The translations under genes and the position numbers were made by a program. DNA of 64,000 nucleotides, taken from the IMG/VR virus record IMGVR_UViG_3300045596_000094, positions 205,039-269,038 of that record, one strand, 5' to 3'. Below, piece after piece: positions 37,255 to 47,686 of this stretch. This DNA is from a virus. Lineage: Duplodnaviria; Caudoviricetes. The notes below the pieces were generated by a model. That model ran no database searches. It had not been told where the DNA came from and saw nothing but the letters and a program-made list of their open reading frames with translations. Numbering within the stretch: position 1 is the first letter of the stretch; every line of letters begins with the position of its first letter.

Positions 37255-38124
37255 ATGTTAGACCATCTAGAAAAGGAACATCAGCAAGTCAGTATCGAGA
37301 TGAGCAACTTGTTCTTAGAGGCTGGTTCATTTGCAAAGAATCGTCTATCTAAATTTATGCGTTCGTCTACAGACACCGCTATACAACTTGTTCATGCAAT
37401 CAGTCGCAATCAGTCTGGTCGTGATACTGGGGTAATTACCCCAGGTGCAGTGCAACAACTCACCTCTAAATTTTCCTACAGCGATATCGCACGTGTAGAA
37501 GTATTCGTTCCTTCGGTATTGAAACCAAAAGTCACTATGGATGTTTATGGTGCTTCTCTTTTGAAGTCTATTGAAATAGCCTACGACATTGTTGATTTTG
37601 GTGGTCAGGAAGTCCTCGATAATGTAGAGAAATACATCTCATTACCAAACCGACTAGGGGATATTACTGGTGACGAATCTGTTGGTGATATTACTTCTGG
37701 TTTAATGCACCGTTTGACTAATGCCCAGAAAGAATTTGCTGAACTAACAGTATCTAACGGCACACAAACACAACGACCTTATTCCGAAGCGTTTCGTCGT
37801 AATTTAGATTATGTAAAAGCAGTTGAACATTGTAATGAGATTGAAAAGAAACTCAATGCCATTATTAATAAGTTACCGGCATATACTAAATTAATGGATA
37901 AGACATCAGCAGCAACTAAACGTTTAGCTTCATTGATTGAAACTAAACCAGATCAATATCGTTTAGGAAATGTTGCAGGTGCTCGATTAAGTAACTTAGT
38001 TTTTACGCTAGCTAAAGAAACTGAATATGTGGGTGCGGTAATTCATTTTGCTCGCACGTATATAAAGTCTATGGCAGATACCCACGCAGTTATTGTAACC
38101 GCTACTAAACGCTTTACCGAGTAG
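37255..38124 (+). CDS. Putative virion protein, syntenic with phiKZ gp153
   Basis: GAGGA RBS before MLDHLEK; S-x-E site (SIE) near the N-terminus. Confidence 0.7.
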   Translation: MLDHLEKEHQQVSIEMSNLFLEAGSFAKNRLSKFMRSSTDTAIQLVHAISRNQSGRDTGVITPGAVQQLTSKFSYSDIARVEVFVPSVLKPKVTMDVYGASLLKSIEIAYDIVDFGGQEVLDNVEKYISLPNRLGDITGDESVGDITSGLMHRLTNAQKEFAELTVSNGTQTQRPYSEAFRRNLDYVKAVEHCNEIEKKLNAIINKLPAYTKLMDKTSAATKRLASLIETKPDQYRLGNVAGARLSNLVFTLAKETEYVGAVIHFARTYIKSMADTHAVIVTATKRFTE

Positions 38125-38130
38125 CATAAA

Positions 38131-38160
38131 GCCCACTAGCCCTTTGCGGGGCTAGTGGGT
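38131..38160. terminator. Bidirectional terminator
   Basis: gcccactagccc-tttgcg-gggctagtgggt between convergent genes. Confidence 0.85.
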
Positions 38161-38186
38161 GTTTTGTGCGTCTCATGTGAGTTGCA

Positions 38187-38663
38187 CTAGGCTTCTTTAC
38201 GCGTCTGCCCAAACAGATGTGTAATATCGGAAACCATTGCGCTTTTACCATATTTTAATCCTGGGGGAGTTTGTCTTTCAACAGCTTCGGCAATAAGAAT
38301 CGCTTCCGCCTGACAAAGTTCCCCAGTGGAACAAATACGTTGAACATCAACACCGCTGTCATTTAATTCAGCTAGATTAAACTGGATGAAATGGTCTTGG
38401 GTGATATCAGACACATTTGTCAAAACTAAAGGTTTCTTTATCTGTAGAAGTTTCTCGTTCACTTTGTCAATAGTAATCCCTTGGAAAAAAGATTGACGCT
38501 GTAATTCATGGTAGGTGGCTACAATGAAAAATACACGTTTCAAATAATTTCCATAATTAGGGAAGAGGACTGCAAATAAAGAGAGGAATTGTAAAAATAA
38601 AGAGACACCTAAGGTTCGTAACAAACTACTTAGCTGACTTCTGATGTGGTTAGCCATAATCAC
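38187..38663 (-). CDS. Hypothetical protein with N-terminal hydrophobic segment
   Basis: Coupled to the RNase H stop codon. Confidence 0.7.
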   Translation of the reverse strand: MIMANHIRSQLSSLLRTLGVSLFLQFLSLFAVLFPNYGNYLKRVFFIVATYHELQRQSFFQGITIDKVNEKLLQIKKPLVLTNVSDITQDHFIQFNLAELNDSGVDVQRICSTGELCQAEAILIAEAVERQTPPGLKYGKSAMVSDITHLFGQTRKEA

Positions 38664-40327
38664 TTACTCACGACCGTATGTACATTAAGAGGCACAAGGT
38701 TCGAAGCAACATTTGTCCATAGACCAATATCCCCGTTTTCAAGCTGTACGATCGTATAAACTCGAAAACCGACAAATGGTTCAAAAACAGTTAACACCCA
38801 AACCTTAGGCTTCTGATCTTTCACACCACCAATAATTCGACGTCTCGGTAATGTGATCCCATAAGTGAGCGTCACATCTATTGTGATTTCACTGTACATA
38901 GAATCCACAGGGTTTTTCACATTTACTTTCAAAGGGAGTTTAATCGATGCATCTGCCGAGGCAATTAATTTTGTCTCGGATTTCTTCTTACCTTCAGTTG
39001 TTTTTAAGAAATAATCCGTGACATCGTTAAGCACCATTCGATCATCCAAACTACCTGCCTGTACTGTTTCCAGTAAATCCGAAAGATAATGATAACGAAC
39101 CATAGCTGCGTTTTCTAAACGTCCAGTTAAACGATACAGTAACTCCTTACCGTGAGAGGTAATCGTTTTTCCGTAACCGTTTAAACTCAATAACTTTCCA
39201 CCATGATTATTCACCAATTCAGCAACATCAGCAGACATGAGATTATTCAGATGACCACACCAGATTCCGTTAGTTTGTAAGGTGGTTGTAATCGGATCAA
39301 TCGTAGCACCGATGTTTCGAACTGCCTCCAAAGTTTTAGGTGGGTTGCTAATAAATGCAACACTCTGTGTTTGGTCAGAGATAAGCTGACCAACACGTTC
39401 ATCCTCTTCATGGGTTCCCATAAAGAAGATAAATTTGCCATCGGATGTTTTTGGGGCTTCGTCATTAATATAAGTATACCATTTTTGGTCTGCCATAAAG
39501 TAATGCATACCAACATCCACACCCGCATTAGACCAATAACCTTGTGCAGGTCGAACAACTAACTCATCAAAGAAATAATCATTCATACCGGCATTTAATC
39601 CAGATGTGGCTAATCTATCAGCTACATGATTTCCTAGATATTCCGAATGACCCTTAACCCATTCGATAGACCACGGACAATCCACAACTTCTAGCGCCTT
39701 ATCTAAATTATCCAGAATTTCAATCCACATCTCTCGGTTTGCTAACGGCTGACCATCAGCGCGTCGCCAATCTGATTCCCGATACTTAAATCGATTCTTT
39801 ACAGCACCGATCACATATCGCGAGTCTATGCGTAGATGAACGCTATTTAGTTTTACTTGGCTATTGAGCTTTACAATCGCCTCAACCGCTTTATTGAATG
39901 CCTCTGCTTCTGCTACATTGTTAGTCGCATCTAGCAGAGAACCTCGCCCGTTTAAATAAACAACGGGCATTCGTGGGGATGAAGCTGTCTTATAAGGTTC
40001 AACGTTAGTAAGACGCGGATCAACAGTTACTTCCACCTTAGCACCTTCTGGTAATGATTTAACCATATAACCTTTATCAGTGACATTGTAACCATTACAT
40101 CCTGGACCAGTTTTGGTCGGTGTATTCGCATGAACAAAACCATGGTATCCGTAACCGCCAATATATACTTGACCTATTTGACCACCACCATCAGTATAAA
40201 AAACCACACCAAGTGATAATGGTTCTTCTGTTGCCTTCTGGTGTTTAGTCTTTAAATCGTCAAGTATGGATTCCTCAATAAGAGGAGAAAATTGTTCAGT
40301 CATTTTAGGAAACTCGAAGTCAAACAT
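38660..40327 (-). CDS. rnh: Ribonuclease HI-domain protein (phiKZ gp155-like)
   Basis: YTDGG, TNNVAE, IDSRYV and WVKGHSEYLGNHVADRLA motifs. Confidence 0.92.
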   Translation of the reverse strand: MFDFEFPKMTEQFSPLIEESILDDLKTKHQKATEEPLSLGVVFYTDGGGQIGQVYIGGYGYHGFVHANTPTKTGPGCNGYNVTDKGYMVKSLPEGAKVEVTVDPRLTNVEPYKTASSPRMPVVYLNGRGSLLDATNNVAEAEAFNKAVEAIVKLNSQVKLNSVHLRIDSRYVIGAVKNRFKYRESDWRRADGQPLANREMWIEILDNLDKALEVVDCPWSIEWVKGHSEYLGNHVADRLATSGLNAGMNDYFFDELVVRPAQGYWSNAGVDVGMHYFMADQKWYTYINDEAPKTSDGKFIFFMGTHEEDERVGQLISDQTQSVAFISNPPKTLEAVRNIGATIDPITTTLQTNGIWCGHLNNLMSADVAELVNNHGGKLLSLNGYGKTITSHGKELLYRLTGRLENAAMVRYHYLSDLLETVQAGSLDDRMVLNDVTDYFLKTTEGKKKSETKLIASADASIKLPLKVNVKNPVDSMYSEITIDVTLTYGITLPRRRIIGGVKDQKPKVWVLTVFEPFVGFRVYTIVQLENGDIGLWTNVASNLVPLNVHTVVSK

Positions 40328-40350
40328 TCATACGTTACACAAACCGATAT

Positions 40351-40752
40351 TTATTTATTGTCTTTAAGCGAACCAATGACCATCATTTTCTTTTCGGGAT
40401 CGTAATGAGACAAAACATTCTTCGCAGCGACCACGGGTTCAGAGGCAGCCTCGGGATGAGTTAGAGAAGCCAAACACTGTTGTGCTGATTCTTGGCTTTC
40501 CGCTAGTTGTTCTGTCAAACGGGCATTGTTTTTCTCAAGACTCTGATATTGTTTAATCATAGGCTCATGCATTTGTAGATTGGCTGTGGCTTGTTCAACC
40601 GCATAGCCTAAAAACATAAGCAAAACGAAGATAGTCGAAGTCGTTGTAAGAAACACTAAATTCTGACCACCGCGTTTTAAACGTAGGTTTGATAAAGCAT
40701 ACTCTCTAAGCAGAGGGTAGATCAATTTTAATAATTGTAACAATATAGTCAT
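40351..40752 (-). CDS. Membrane-anchored coiled-coil protein
   Basis: TM segment followed by a heptad-rich region; GAGGT RBS. Confidence 0.7.
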   Translation of the reverse strand: MTILLQLLKLIYPLLREYALSNLRLKRGGQNLVFLTTTSTIFVLLMFLGYAVEQATANLQMHEPMIKQYQSLEKNNARLTEQLAESQESAQQCLASLTHPEAASEPVVAAKNVLSHYDPEKKMMVIGSLKDNK

Positions 40753-40826
40753 AACTACCTCGGTACAGATTTCGTTGAATCAATAGTATGATTACATAGA
40801 AAGATAGCGTTTTCGGGATTATTCAC

Positions 40827-42158
40827 ATGTACATACTGAAATCATTTATGGGAATGCCTTCCTTAGAAGACAACCGCCCAAATACGACTGCTCCATTTGG
40901 TGAGCTGACGACTCAAGCCCGTACCTATACTCGTGATATTCGCACTTATAGTGGAACAGTTTACCCAGATGTGGTAAATAACGTATTCCATTGTGTCGAC
41001 GATATGCTTGTACGTGTAGAACCTTCTGCCGGTTTCAGTAATGAACTTCTGGCATTGGGGCAATGGGTCTTTGAACAACATAAAGCAAAAGTTATTCCTA
41101 ATAACGCGAATAAAGAAGCTTTTATTGTCGCGATAGGGAATCAATTTAAAACAATGTCAGCAATCTCTATCGGAGAAATACTCCGCGGAGATCAACCTGA
41201 CTTATATATGCCTAACTATATCCAGTTTAAGATACTGGATGTAAATAAGCAATATCAAGTAACTATCTGGTTTGCTGGTGCAACTTTCGACATAGAGTAC
41301 GACGAGTACGAAGTTTTTGTTGTGCCACCGTTACCGGATATCAATGATCTGATTGGTTCTAAACCAGCTGTATTTGAAAAGATCAGAAACCAACTAACTT
41401 CTGTAACTATTAATAAAATCCAAGAGATTCGTGGCGATAAGCCGGAAACGGGTTTACTTACTTTAGATCTTACTTGGCATGATCCTGATGATTTCAATGC
41501 TATGATGTTAACCACATGGACCGCAGTTATTTATGGTCCTGCGGGTATGGATCGAGAAGCCATTAAAGACGCTATTCGCGATTACATTGCCGATAACTCC
41601 GATTATGAAAAATGGCCTGAGATCTATCCAGAACTTTACTCAGAAAATGAATTCGTTCTTCTACCTATGTGGGATGAATTAGCATTACAACCTAACGCTT
41701 TAGAACATGTTGGACTTTACTCAACTATCGTGAAGATGAGTAAATTCAAGAAAATAGGTAAACAATTCCTTCCTTCTGGATATAGCCAATCTACTAACGT
41801 GGATAAATTTGTAGAAGATAACTTAGAAATTGGTTCAGCGGTTTATCGAGCAATAATGTTCTGTACGTTGGGTAACCCGAATAACAAAGGTGACATTTTT
41901 AGTTTCCGTCAATTATTCCCTGATTACATGGCTGTCCCTACTGACGATGCAGATTTTAACAGAATGGATCCAGAAACACAAGAGTTCTGCTTGAAATTTA
42001 CCGACGCACTAAAATGGGCTTATGATTATAAACCAACTGATTCATTACCTATTGGTTATACTCGTTTTGTTCGTCGAGGTATGCATTACTTATCCTTTAA
42101 TCATAAAGGGTATGATTTCCCTATCCTTTCTAAATTCACCTACGATAAGTACAACTAA
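40827..42158 (+). CDS. Virion structural protein, syntenic with phiKZ gp157
   Basis: 443-aa ORF; TATG late motif upstream; conserved position. Confidence 0.7.
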   Translation: MYILKSFMGMPSLEDNRPNTTAPFGELTTQARTYTRDIRTYSGTVYPDVVNNVFHCVDDMLVRVEPSAGFSNELLALGQWVFEQHKAKVIPNNANKEAFIVAIGNQFKTMSAISIGEILRGDQPDLYMPNYIQFKILDVNKQYQVTIWFAGATFDIEYDEYEVFVVPPLPDINDLIGSKPAVFEKIRNQLTSVTINKIQEIRGDKPETGLLTLDLTWHDPDDFNAMMLTTWTAVIYGPAGMDREAIKDAIRDYIADNSDYEKWPEIYPELYSENEFVLLPMWDELALQPNALEHVGLYSTIVKMSKFKKIGKQFLPSGYSQSTNVDKFVEDNLEIGSAVYRAIMFCTLGNPNNKGDIFSFRQLFPDYMAVPTDDADFNRMDPETQEFCLKFTDALKWAYDYKPTDSLPIGYTRFVRRGMHYLSFNHKGYDFPILSKFTYDKYN

Positions 42159-42174
42159 TCACTGGAGAGATTAA

Positions 42175-42822
42175 ATGGCTTACCCACAACTTACCCCTTC
42201 ACACCGTGCAAGGGGGGTTTGGAAGCTGAGAACTCCGTTCGCAGTTGTTACTGATGTTGAATATACGTGTATTGCAATACGTACTTTTGACGACATGTAT
42301 AACGATGGCATAGATCCTTATAAAGAGATCTATGTCCCCGTCGGTTTATCTGACGGTGTAGCGATTGGAACGGAAACATTTAGTTTTGCTCAAGAGCGCC
42401 TGTTAGGGATTAACATTATTTCCCTAGCAGACCCTAAAGGGCAGGTCTACCATGTTCCGGATAACTATATTCTCAGCTATCCAACCACATCTGGGATTCT
42501 TTATGAGCATTTCATTATGTCGGCGTCACTCGGCGCATTACCGAGTACAATTGACATGACCGATGCACAGACTGCCATGAAGCAATCTATTAAGGATTCA
42601 TTTGGTGTCGATGCGACTATCAATGTTCATCGAGTTTCTACGTTGACCTCTCCAACGTATGAGGAACACTTAGAGCTAGAGCGAATTCGCGAAGCGGCTA
42701 AGAAGATAGACAACACCTTAGTTGCTAAGAATGAGGAGTTGGAACGTAAATTAACATTGGCTAATGATACGGTTCAAACACTCACTCAGATCTTAATCGA
42801 CAATAACCTTATGCCAACATAG
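42175..42822 (+). CDS. Putative virion protein with C-terminal coiled coil
   Basis: GGAG RBS; operon position. Confidence 0.7.
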   Translation: MAYPQLTPSHRARGVWKLRTPFAVVTDVEYTCIAIRTFDDMYNDGIDPYKEIYVPVGLSDGVAIGTETFSFAQERLLGINIISLADPKGQVYHVPDNYILSYPTTSGILYEHFIMSASLGALPSTIDMTDAQTAMKQSIKDSFGVDATINVHRVSTLTSPTYEEHLELERIREAAKKIDNTLVAKNEELERKLTLANDTVQTLTQILIDNNLMPT

Positions 42823-42836
42823 GTGATCAGAATACC

Positions 42837-43478
42837 ATGCCTACATTTTACGAACACTATCGGGATCTAAAAACCCCAACCGCTTCTCTTGAAGGGTTTA
42901 TCGATGGTTCGGTTCATCAAGAAATTGAATTTTGTATCTACGCCGAAATTAAAGATCTTGAGGAATTGAAGAAGAAAGCCATTGCTGTTGAACGCCACGA
43001 ACAATGGCAGATGCCATTAGACCAAGACAAAGTTGATGGTAAAATGCGTCTTCGTTTAATCGATGACACACGGCCAACAATGGCAACTAAAATCAAACGT
43101 GCAAATATGATCGGCTGTGAAGAAGTTGAATCTGATATTACCATGGATGCATTTAAACATTTAAAACAAATGGCATTCAATGGTTATGTTAAGCAACGAT
43201 ATACGGTTCCTTCGAACATTGCAGGCTTACAATGGGAAGTGGATGTCTTTTATACCAAAGGCGGATCACAGCACCCGTGGGTTAAAATTGATTTAGAGGT
43301 TAAATCCCTAAATGATCCGATTCCTGCATTCCCTATTGCTACAGTAAAACAAATTTACGATGACGAAGAAATGACCCATGGTGAGCGAACCATCGTCAGA
43401 AATCTTTGGGATAATGAATGGCAACGCTTAGATGCCAATGAAGCCATCCGTAAAGAACAACAAGCAAGAGCAATTTAA
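42837..43478 (+). CDS. CYTH-like (triphosphate tunnel) domain protein, probably packaged in the head
   Basis: EIE, RLR, K, ExE, KxRY, WEVD and DLE pattern of the CYTH fold; N-terminal ASLE processing-like site. Confidence 0.7.
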   Translation: MPTFYEHYRDLKTPTASLEGFIDGSVHQEIEFCIYAEIKDLEELKKKAIAVERHEQWQMPLDQDKVDGKMRLRLIDDTRPTMATKIKRANMIGCEEVESDITMDAFKHLKQMAFNGYVKQRYTVPSNIAGLQWEVDVFYTKGGSQHPWVKIDLEVKSLNDPIPAFPIATVKQIYDDEEMTHGERTIVRNLWDNEWQRLDANEAIRKEQQARAI

Positions 43479-43486
43479 CAGCATAA

Positions 43487-43516
43487 ATAGAGTAGTGCCC
43501 TAGGGCACTACTCTAT
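43487..43516. terminator. Perfect CCTAGG palindrome between convergent genes
   Basis: atagagtagtgccct|agggcactactctat. Confidence 0.8.
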
Positions 43517-43525
43517 GCGTTTATG

Positions 43526-44050
43526 TTATTCACCCTCATCGATACGTACAGGAACACCACGAACCATCTTCCAACGATATGTGTAGTTTGGATAGCGTCG
43601 ACGTAATCGTAGCCAAGAACCTGTAATGTGTAGATATGTTCTAGCTACTGAGTTCGTCATCCAAGCTTCGTCTAAATAACTCAACGCTGTTACGATATTA
43701 CGTTTATTTAGATTCAACACAAAACCTGCTTTTGGCGGACAAAACGGGCAGGTGATAATAGACTTCATCCCTTCACCGAAATGTGTTGGGGTAGCTTTTG
43801 AAATAAAACGATGCTTATGACAAATAATCATCACTTCAACAGCTGTTGGAAACTCCTTGATCTCTTTAGGATCAACGTCGGGTTTAACAAATGTTTGCAC
43901 CAGCGTATTTGGGTTTTTCAATTGAAAAGGGACATACCCGTTATGCCACATTTTCTCAGTTGGGGTAAAAACATTTATAAATTCAGCAACGGTTCTTTTC
44001 CAGAAACCTGCTTTAGCAAGAGGAACTGGTCCTTCTGTTGTAGTCGTCAT
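43526..44050 (-). CDS. Hypothetical zinc-binding protein
   Basis: CHKH...CPFC motif. Confidence 0.7.
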   Translation of the reverse strand: MTTTTEGPVPLAKAGFWKRTVAEFINVFTPTEKMWHNGYVPFQLKNPNTLVQTFVKPDVDPKEIKEFPTAVEVMIICHKHRFISKATPTHFGEGMKSIITCPFCPPKAGFVLNLNKRNIVTALSYLDEAWMTNSVARTYLHITGSWLRLRRRYPNYTYRWKMVRGVPVRIDEGE

Positions 44051-44085
44051 TTCATAATCCTTATGGGTAGAAATACCCCTCTGTG

Positions 44086-46605
44086 TTAAGCAGCCAAAGC
44101 TTCGCTATAAACAAGCTTCACATGCTTATTATATTCTTTAGGGATCGTTAGGATATTACGCGCATCGGTGATGAATATCTCACTATTACCAAACGCGCTA
44201 TGGTTCGCATTGTAGTGAGAAATCATGAACATCTGATCGTATATACCCGCTTCCATAATCCCGCTTAAATAACGGGTTAGGCGTGGTCTATGCGCTTCAT
44301 CCAATGTGGGTGCTAATTCATCCACATAAAGAGGAAACTCATCTAAACCTAGATACTTTTTAACCACCATACGGAAAGCAAAGTTAATAATGTCACGTTG
44401 ACCGTCTGAACATTCTGAAATGTCAGGTGTCATTAAGTAACCATTATCGATCGACAAAGGAAATTTACATGTAACATCAGTGCTATCTACACCACAAGCT
44501 AAAACTTCTAATTTTGTTGTCCATACCTGATCGATAATTGTATTAACATCAGCAATGAATACGTCAACGAAGTTTTGAATATAGCGAGAGATTAAACCAT
44601 CTACTGGAGATAGTGCTTTCATAATGGCGTGATAGTCCGCAGTATTTTCTTTTGCCTTGTCGCGTTCACGTTCCAATTCTTCTATTACGGCACCATGTCG
44701 AGCAATGTGGTTCAATGCTGTATTGGCTGTTGCTAGATTTATCTGCTTTGTATTTGCTAATTCAGATAAGGCTCTATTCTTACACGCCAGTAATAGAAGA
44801 TCGTGTTTCTCCTGAATCTTCGTATGGATTGCCATTGCGCGAGAAGCACATTCTTCTGCTCTGGTAATCTCTTTTAGATATTTACGACTAGATTCTAGAA
44901 GTGTCTTTTGATGAGCGAGATGGTCAATCGTTAATGCAATGCGTTGCTCTAGCTTCTGAACAGTCTCACCATTATACACGTCTTGAGATTCAGTTAGTCG
45001 TTTAGCGTTTTCCAACACTACCCGATTCATTTCAATCTTCTTCTCTAGCTCTGAGATTCGTTCACATTCTTGTAATCCAAAACCAAAGCGTTGTAGAGTT
45101 GGTAAATGGGAGATTGGTGCAACTCGATATAGATTCTCCTCAACCAATATAGTCCATAGAGGATCCAGAATAGTGTTGTTTTCAATAACATGTTTCAATG
45201 TTTTGATCTGTACGGAATATTCTTGAGCACCAGTTAGATATTCGTTGGCGGAATCTAGATTTGCTTGTTTTGTTTTCAGCTCATCGGCTAGGTTTATTAG
45301 TTCGCGTTTAGCATCTTCTGGATTAAACTGAACCAAACCCGGTCTGAACGAAAAATCACATTTAGGGCAGTTGATGTCATGTGACTGATCGTAATGTTCA
45401 ACCTGATGCTGTAAACGCATCATCCGATCTTTGATAATTGCGATAGAGTTATTAATCGTTTGGACCTCAGCTCTTTTGTCTTGTACCTTTTGTTTGGTGT
45501 AGAACATTGAGGTGTTGTCAAACATTGTTGAGAAAGCTTCGGTTAGAATTGGTTGAACAGAATTGAAAGCTCCGAGGATAGTTGAGATGTTCTGTCCTTT
45601 GATTTTTTCATAGACATCATTTCGTGAAGTGAGTTTTATATATTCCTTGTTAAATTGACCATTCACTTTCTCCAAATCCTGAACACCACCTACCCCAGAC
45701 GCCGCTAAAGCTTCTAAAGTATCAAGAATCTTGTCCTTGTCCTTATAAAGCTCGTCTAACTTCTCCTGATCACCCTGCATGCGACTTTCTAATCCCGCAA
45801 TATACATTTGCACCATATTGGAAGAATTGCTAACAGAGATCAAATGAGGAGGTTTCACAAGGTGTAGGGTCATTACCTCTGCAGAACAATCTTCAAACTC
45901 ACGCAACAATTTATCCATCTCAATTCGAATGGTTTGCATTGAGGGTATGTTATTCTCACGCTGGTGCATGATTAGCTGTAGTTCTTCTGTTAAACGTTTA
46001 ACGGAAGTTTCTAATTCGCCAATTCGTTCCTGATCAGCGATGTCTTGAGATTCTTCCGCGAGGCGTTTTACATTGTGTTTTTCAATAGTCTGAGCTTCAC
46101 GATGTAATTGTTTAGCTGAATTGAAAAGACGCATTGCATAATCTAAATCATTACCTGAGAGTTTTAATATCCAATCTCGGCGTTTGATTGGCGCCATATC
46201 GGTGAATGTGGTGCGTCCGATTAATATCTTCATGATATCATAATTCACACCAAAGATACGTTCAATAAGTGTCTTCTGAGCTGTAGCTGTACCTCCAGGG
46301 TTAAGTTCAGTTTCACGACCATCTTCATGTAATTCTAAGAACGAATGGCGATTATGTTTTTCGTAGCTAGAATGGAGTTTATATTTCTTTCCTTCATGTG
46401 TCGCTACAAATGTCTTGTAACCACCTAACAACATATCTTCTGTTCTTGGAGGGAGGGGGTTCAGCTCATTCATAAATGAAGATTTACCTGAGCCGTTAGT
46501 GCCAATAATAATTTGGATGTCTTGATCTGGGTTATAATGTATTGTTTCTATGCCAGAAAATCCAAGACGTTTAAAACGATGGAGGATAACTTCTAAAATA
46601 CGCAT
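44086..46605 (-). CDS. sbcC: SbcC/Rad50-like ATPase (phiKZ gp165-like)
   Basis: Walker A GTNGSGKSS, coiled coils, zinc hook CPKC, signature CSDGQ, Walker B LYVDE, H-loop ISH. Confidence 0.92.
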   Translation of the reverse strand: MRILEVILHRFKRLGFSGIETIHYNPDQDIQIIIGTNGSGKSSFMNELNPLPPRTEDMLLGGYKTFVATHEGKKYKLHSSYEKHNRHSFLELHEDGRETELNPGGTATAQKTLIERIFGVNYDIMKILIGRTTFTDMAPIKRRDWILKLSGNDLDYAMRLFNSAKQLHREAQTIEKHNVKRLAEESQDIADQERIGELETSVKRLTEELQLIMHQRENNIPSMQTIRIEMDKLLREFEDCSAEVMTLHLVKPPHLISVSNSSNMVQMYIAGLESRMQGDQEKLDELYKDKDKILDTLEALAASGVGGVQDLEKVNGQFNKEYIKLTSRNDVYEKIKGQNISTILGAFNSVQPILTEAFSTMFDNTSMFYTKQKVQDKRAEVQTINNSIAIIKDRMMRLQHQVEHYDQSHDINCPKCDFSFRPGLVQFNPEDAKRELINLADELKTKQANLDSANEYLTGAQEYSVQIKTLKHVIENNTILDPLWTILVEENLYRVAPISHLPTLQRFGFGLQECERISELEKKIEMNRVVLENAKRLTESQDVYNGETVQKLEQRIALTIDHLAHQKTLLESSRKYLKEITRAEECASRAMAIHTKIQEKHDLLLLACKNRALSELANTKQINLATANTALNHIARHGAVIEELERERDKAKENTADYHAIMKALSPVDGLISRYIQNFVDVFIADVNTIIDQVWTTKLEVLACGVDSTDVTCKFPLSIDNGYLMTPDISECSDGQRDIINFAFRMVVKKYLGLDEFPLYVDELAPTLDEAHRPRLTRYLSGIMEAGIYDQMFMISHYNANHSAFGNSEIFITDARNILTIPKEYNKHVKLVYSEALAA

Positions 46606-46668
46606 GTTACACTCTTTAATATATTACATTCATATGTAAAGTGAACTCAATTATTTTTTAGGAGGATA

Positions 46669-47628
46669 TTGGCAATGGCGAGTATTCCAATGCGTGATTT
46701 GTCCTTGCTCCGAGTGATCTCTGTGGGTACGGTGGCTGAAAATAAAGAACTGGATTCCGATAAAGTAGAAATTGTATTAAGTGAACAACGTTCTTTTCTG
46801 GACGGGGAAATTAAATCCGACTTTAGCTCAGACACTGCAAAGGGTGTAGATGCTTCTGGTAAAGCCTTCGAAGTCACTGTACATATGTGTAACACAATCA
46901 ATGCCGAATGGATTGGGGATGGTACGAACCGAATATCGGCCCCAGATGTCCGTCGCGGTGATCGTGTTGAAGTTCTACAATATGCGGAAGTGGATCGTTT
47001 CTTTTGGAGAGCGTTGCCGACCACTGGGAGTTCTGTTCGCAAATTAGAAACAGTAGTGCATGCGTATTCAAATACTCAAGACGAGAATGATAATTCCCCG
47101 ACAGCTGCCAATAGCTGGCATAGTGAAGTCAATACCCATTCTAAGGTTTGGACTTTAGCAAAGACTAATAAAAACGATGGTGAGGCTTACGCTTATATCC
47201 AGCAGATCGATGCTAAGGCAGGTAATGTTGTACTTAGTGCTGACGATGTCGGTAACTACGTTCAAATGAATTCTAAGGATTCTCATATCGAAATAGCGAA
47301 TGCTTCAGGGTCGCAGGTCTCGGTAAATAAACGTGTGATCACGCTTAGTGCTGATACCATCATTCTCGACGCTAAGAAAATGATTCAAATGAATTCAGCT
47401 TCGGCTGAGGTGAAAATAGCAGAAACCAACTGGACAGGCAATACCAAAATGACTGGTAATCTTTCCATGACTGGGGGTATTAGCGTGGAAGGGGGTGGGT
47501 CATTTACTGTTAACAGTAATGCTGATTTCCAATCTGGGATTAATCACCAGGGTGTGGATATTGGTAAAGACCACAAACACCAAGTATACGGTACTAACTC
47601 TATCTCTGGTATTGTGGTTGCTGGTTAA
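46669..47628 (+). CDS. Baseplate central spike protein (phiKZ gp164-like)
   Basis: N-terminal OB-like region (APDVRRGDRV), beta-helix repeats and C-terminal HxH (DHKH) metal-binding apex. Confidence 0.8.
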   Translation: MAMASIPMRDLSLLRVISVGTVAENKELDSDKVEIVLSEQRSFLDGEIKSDFSSDTAKGVDASGKAFEVTVHMCNTINAEWIGDGTNRISAPDVRRGDRVEVLQYAEVDRFFWRALPTTGSSVRKLETVVHAYSNTQDENDNSPTAANSWHSEVNTHSKVWTLAKTNKNDGEAYAYIQQIDAKAGNVVLSADDVGNYVQMNSKDSHIEIANASGSQVSVNKRVITLSADTIILDAKKMIQMNSASAEVKIAETNWTGNTKMTGNLSMTGGISVEGGGSFTVNSNADFQSGINHQGVDIGKDHKHQVYGTNSISGIVVAG

Positions 47629-47646
47629 AATAAAAAGCATAGTTGA

Positions 47647-47678
47647 GTATCAGAAGGGGCAATCCCCTTCTGATATTC
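47647..47678. terminator. Bidirectional terminator
   Basis: tatcagaagggg-caat-ccccttctgata. Confidence 0.85.
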
Positions 47679-47686
47679 GGTATGTA

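Noticed and set aside
40351-40752. Second i-spanin
   Set aside because: TM plus coiled coil fits, but no lipoprotein partner was seen, and it lies in the conserved core next to RNase H rather than near the lysis genes.
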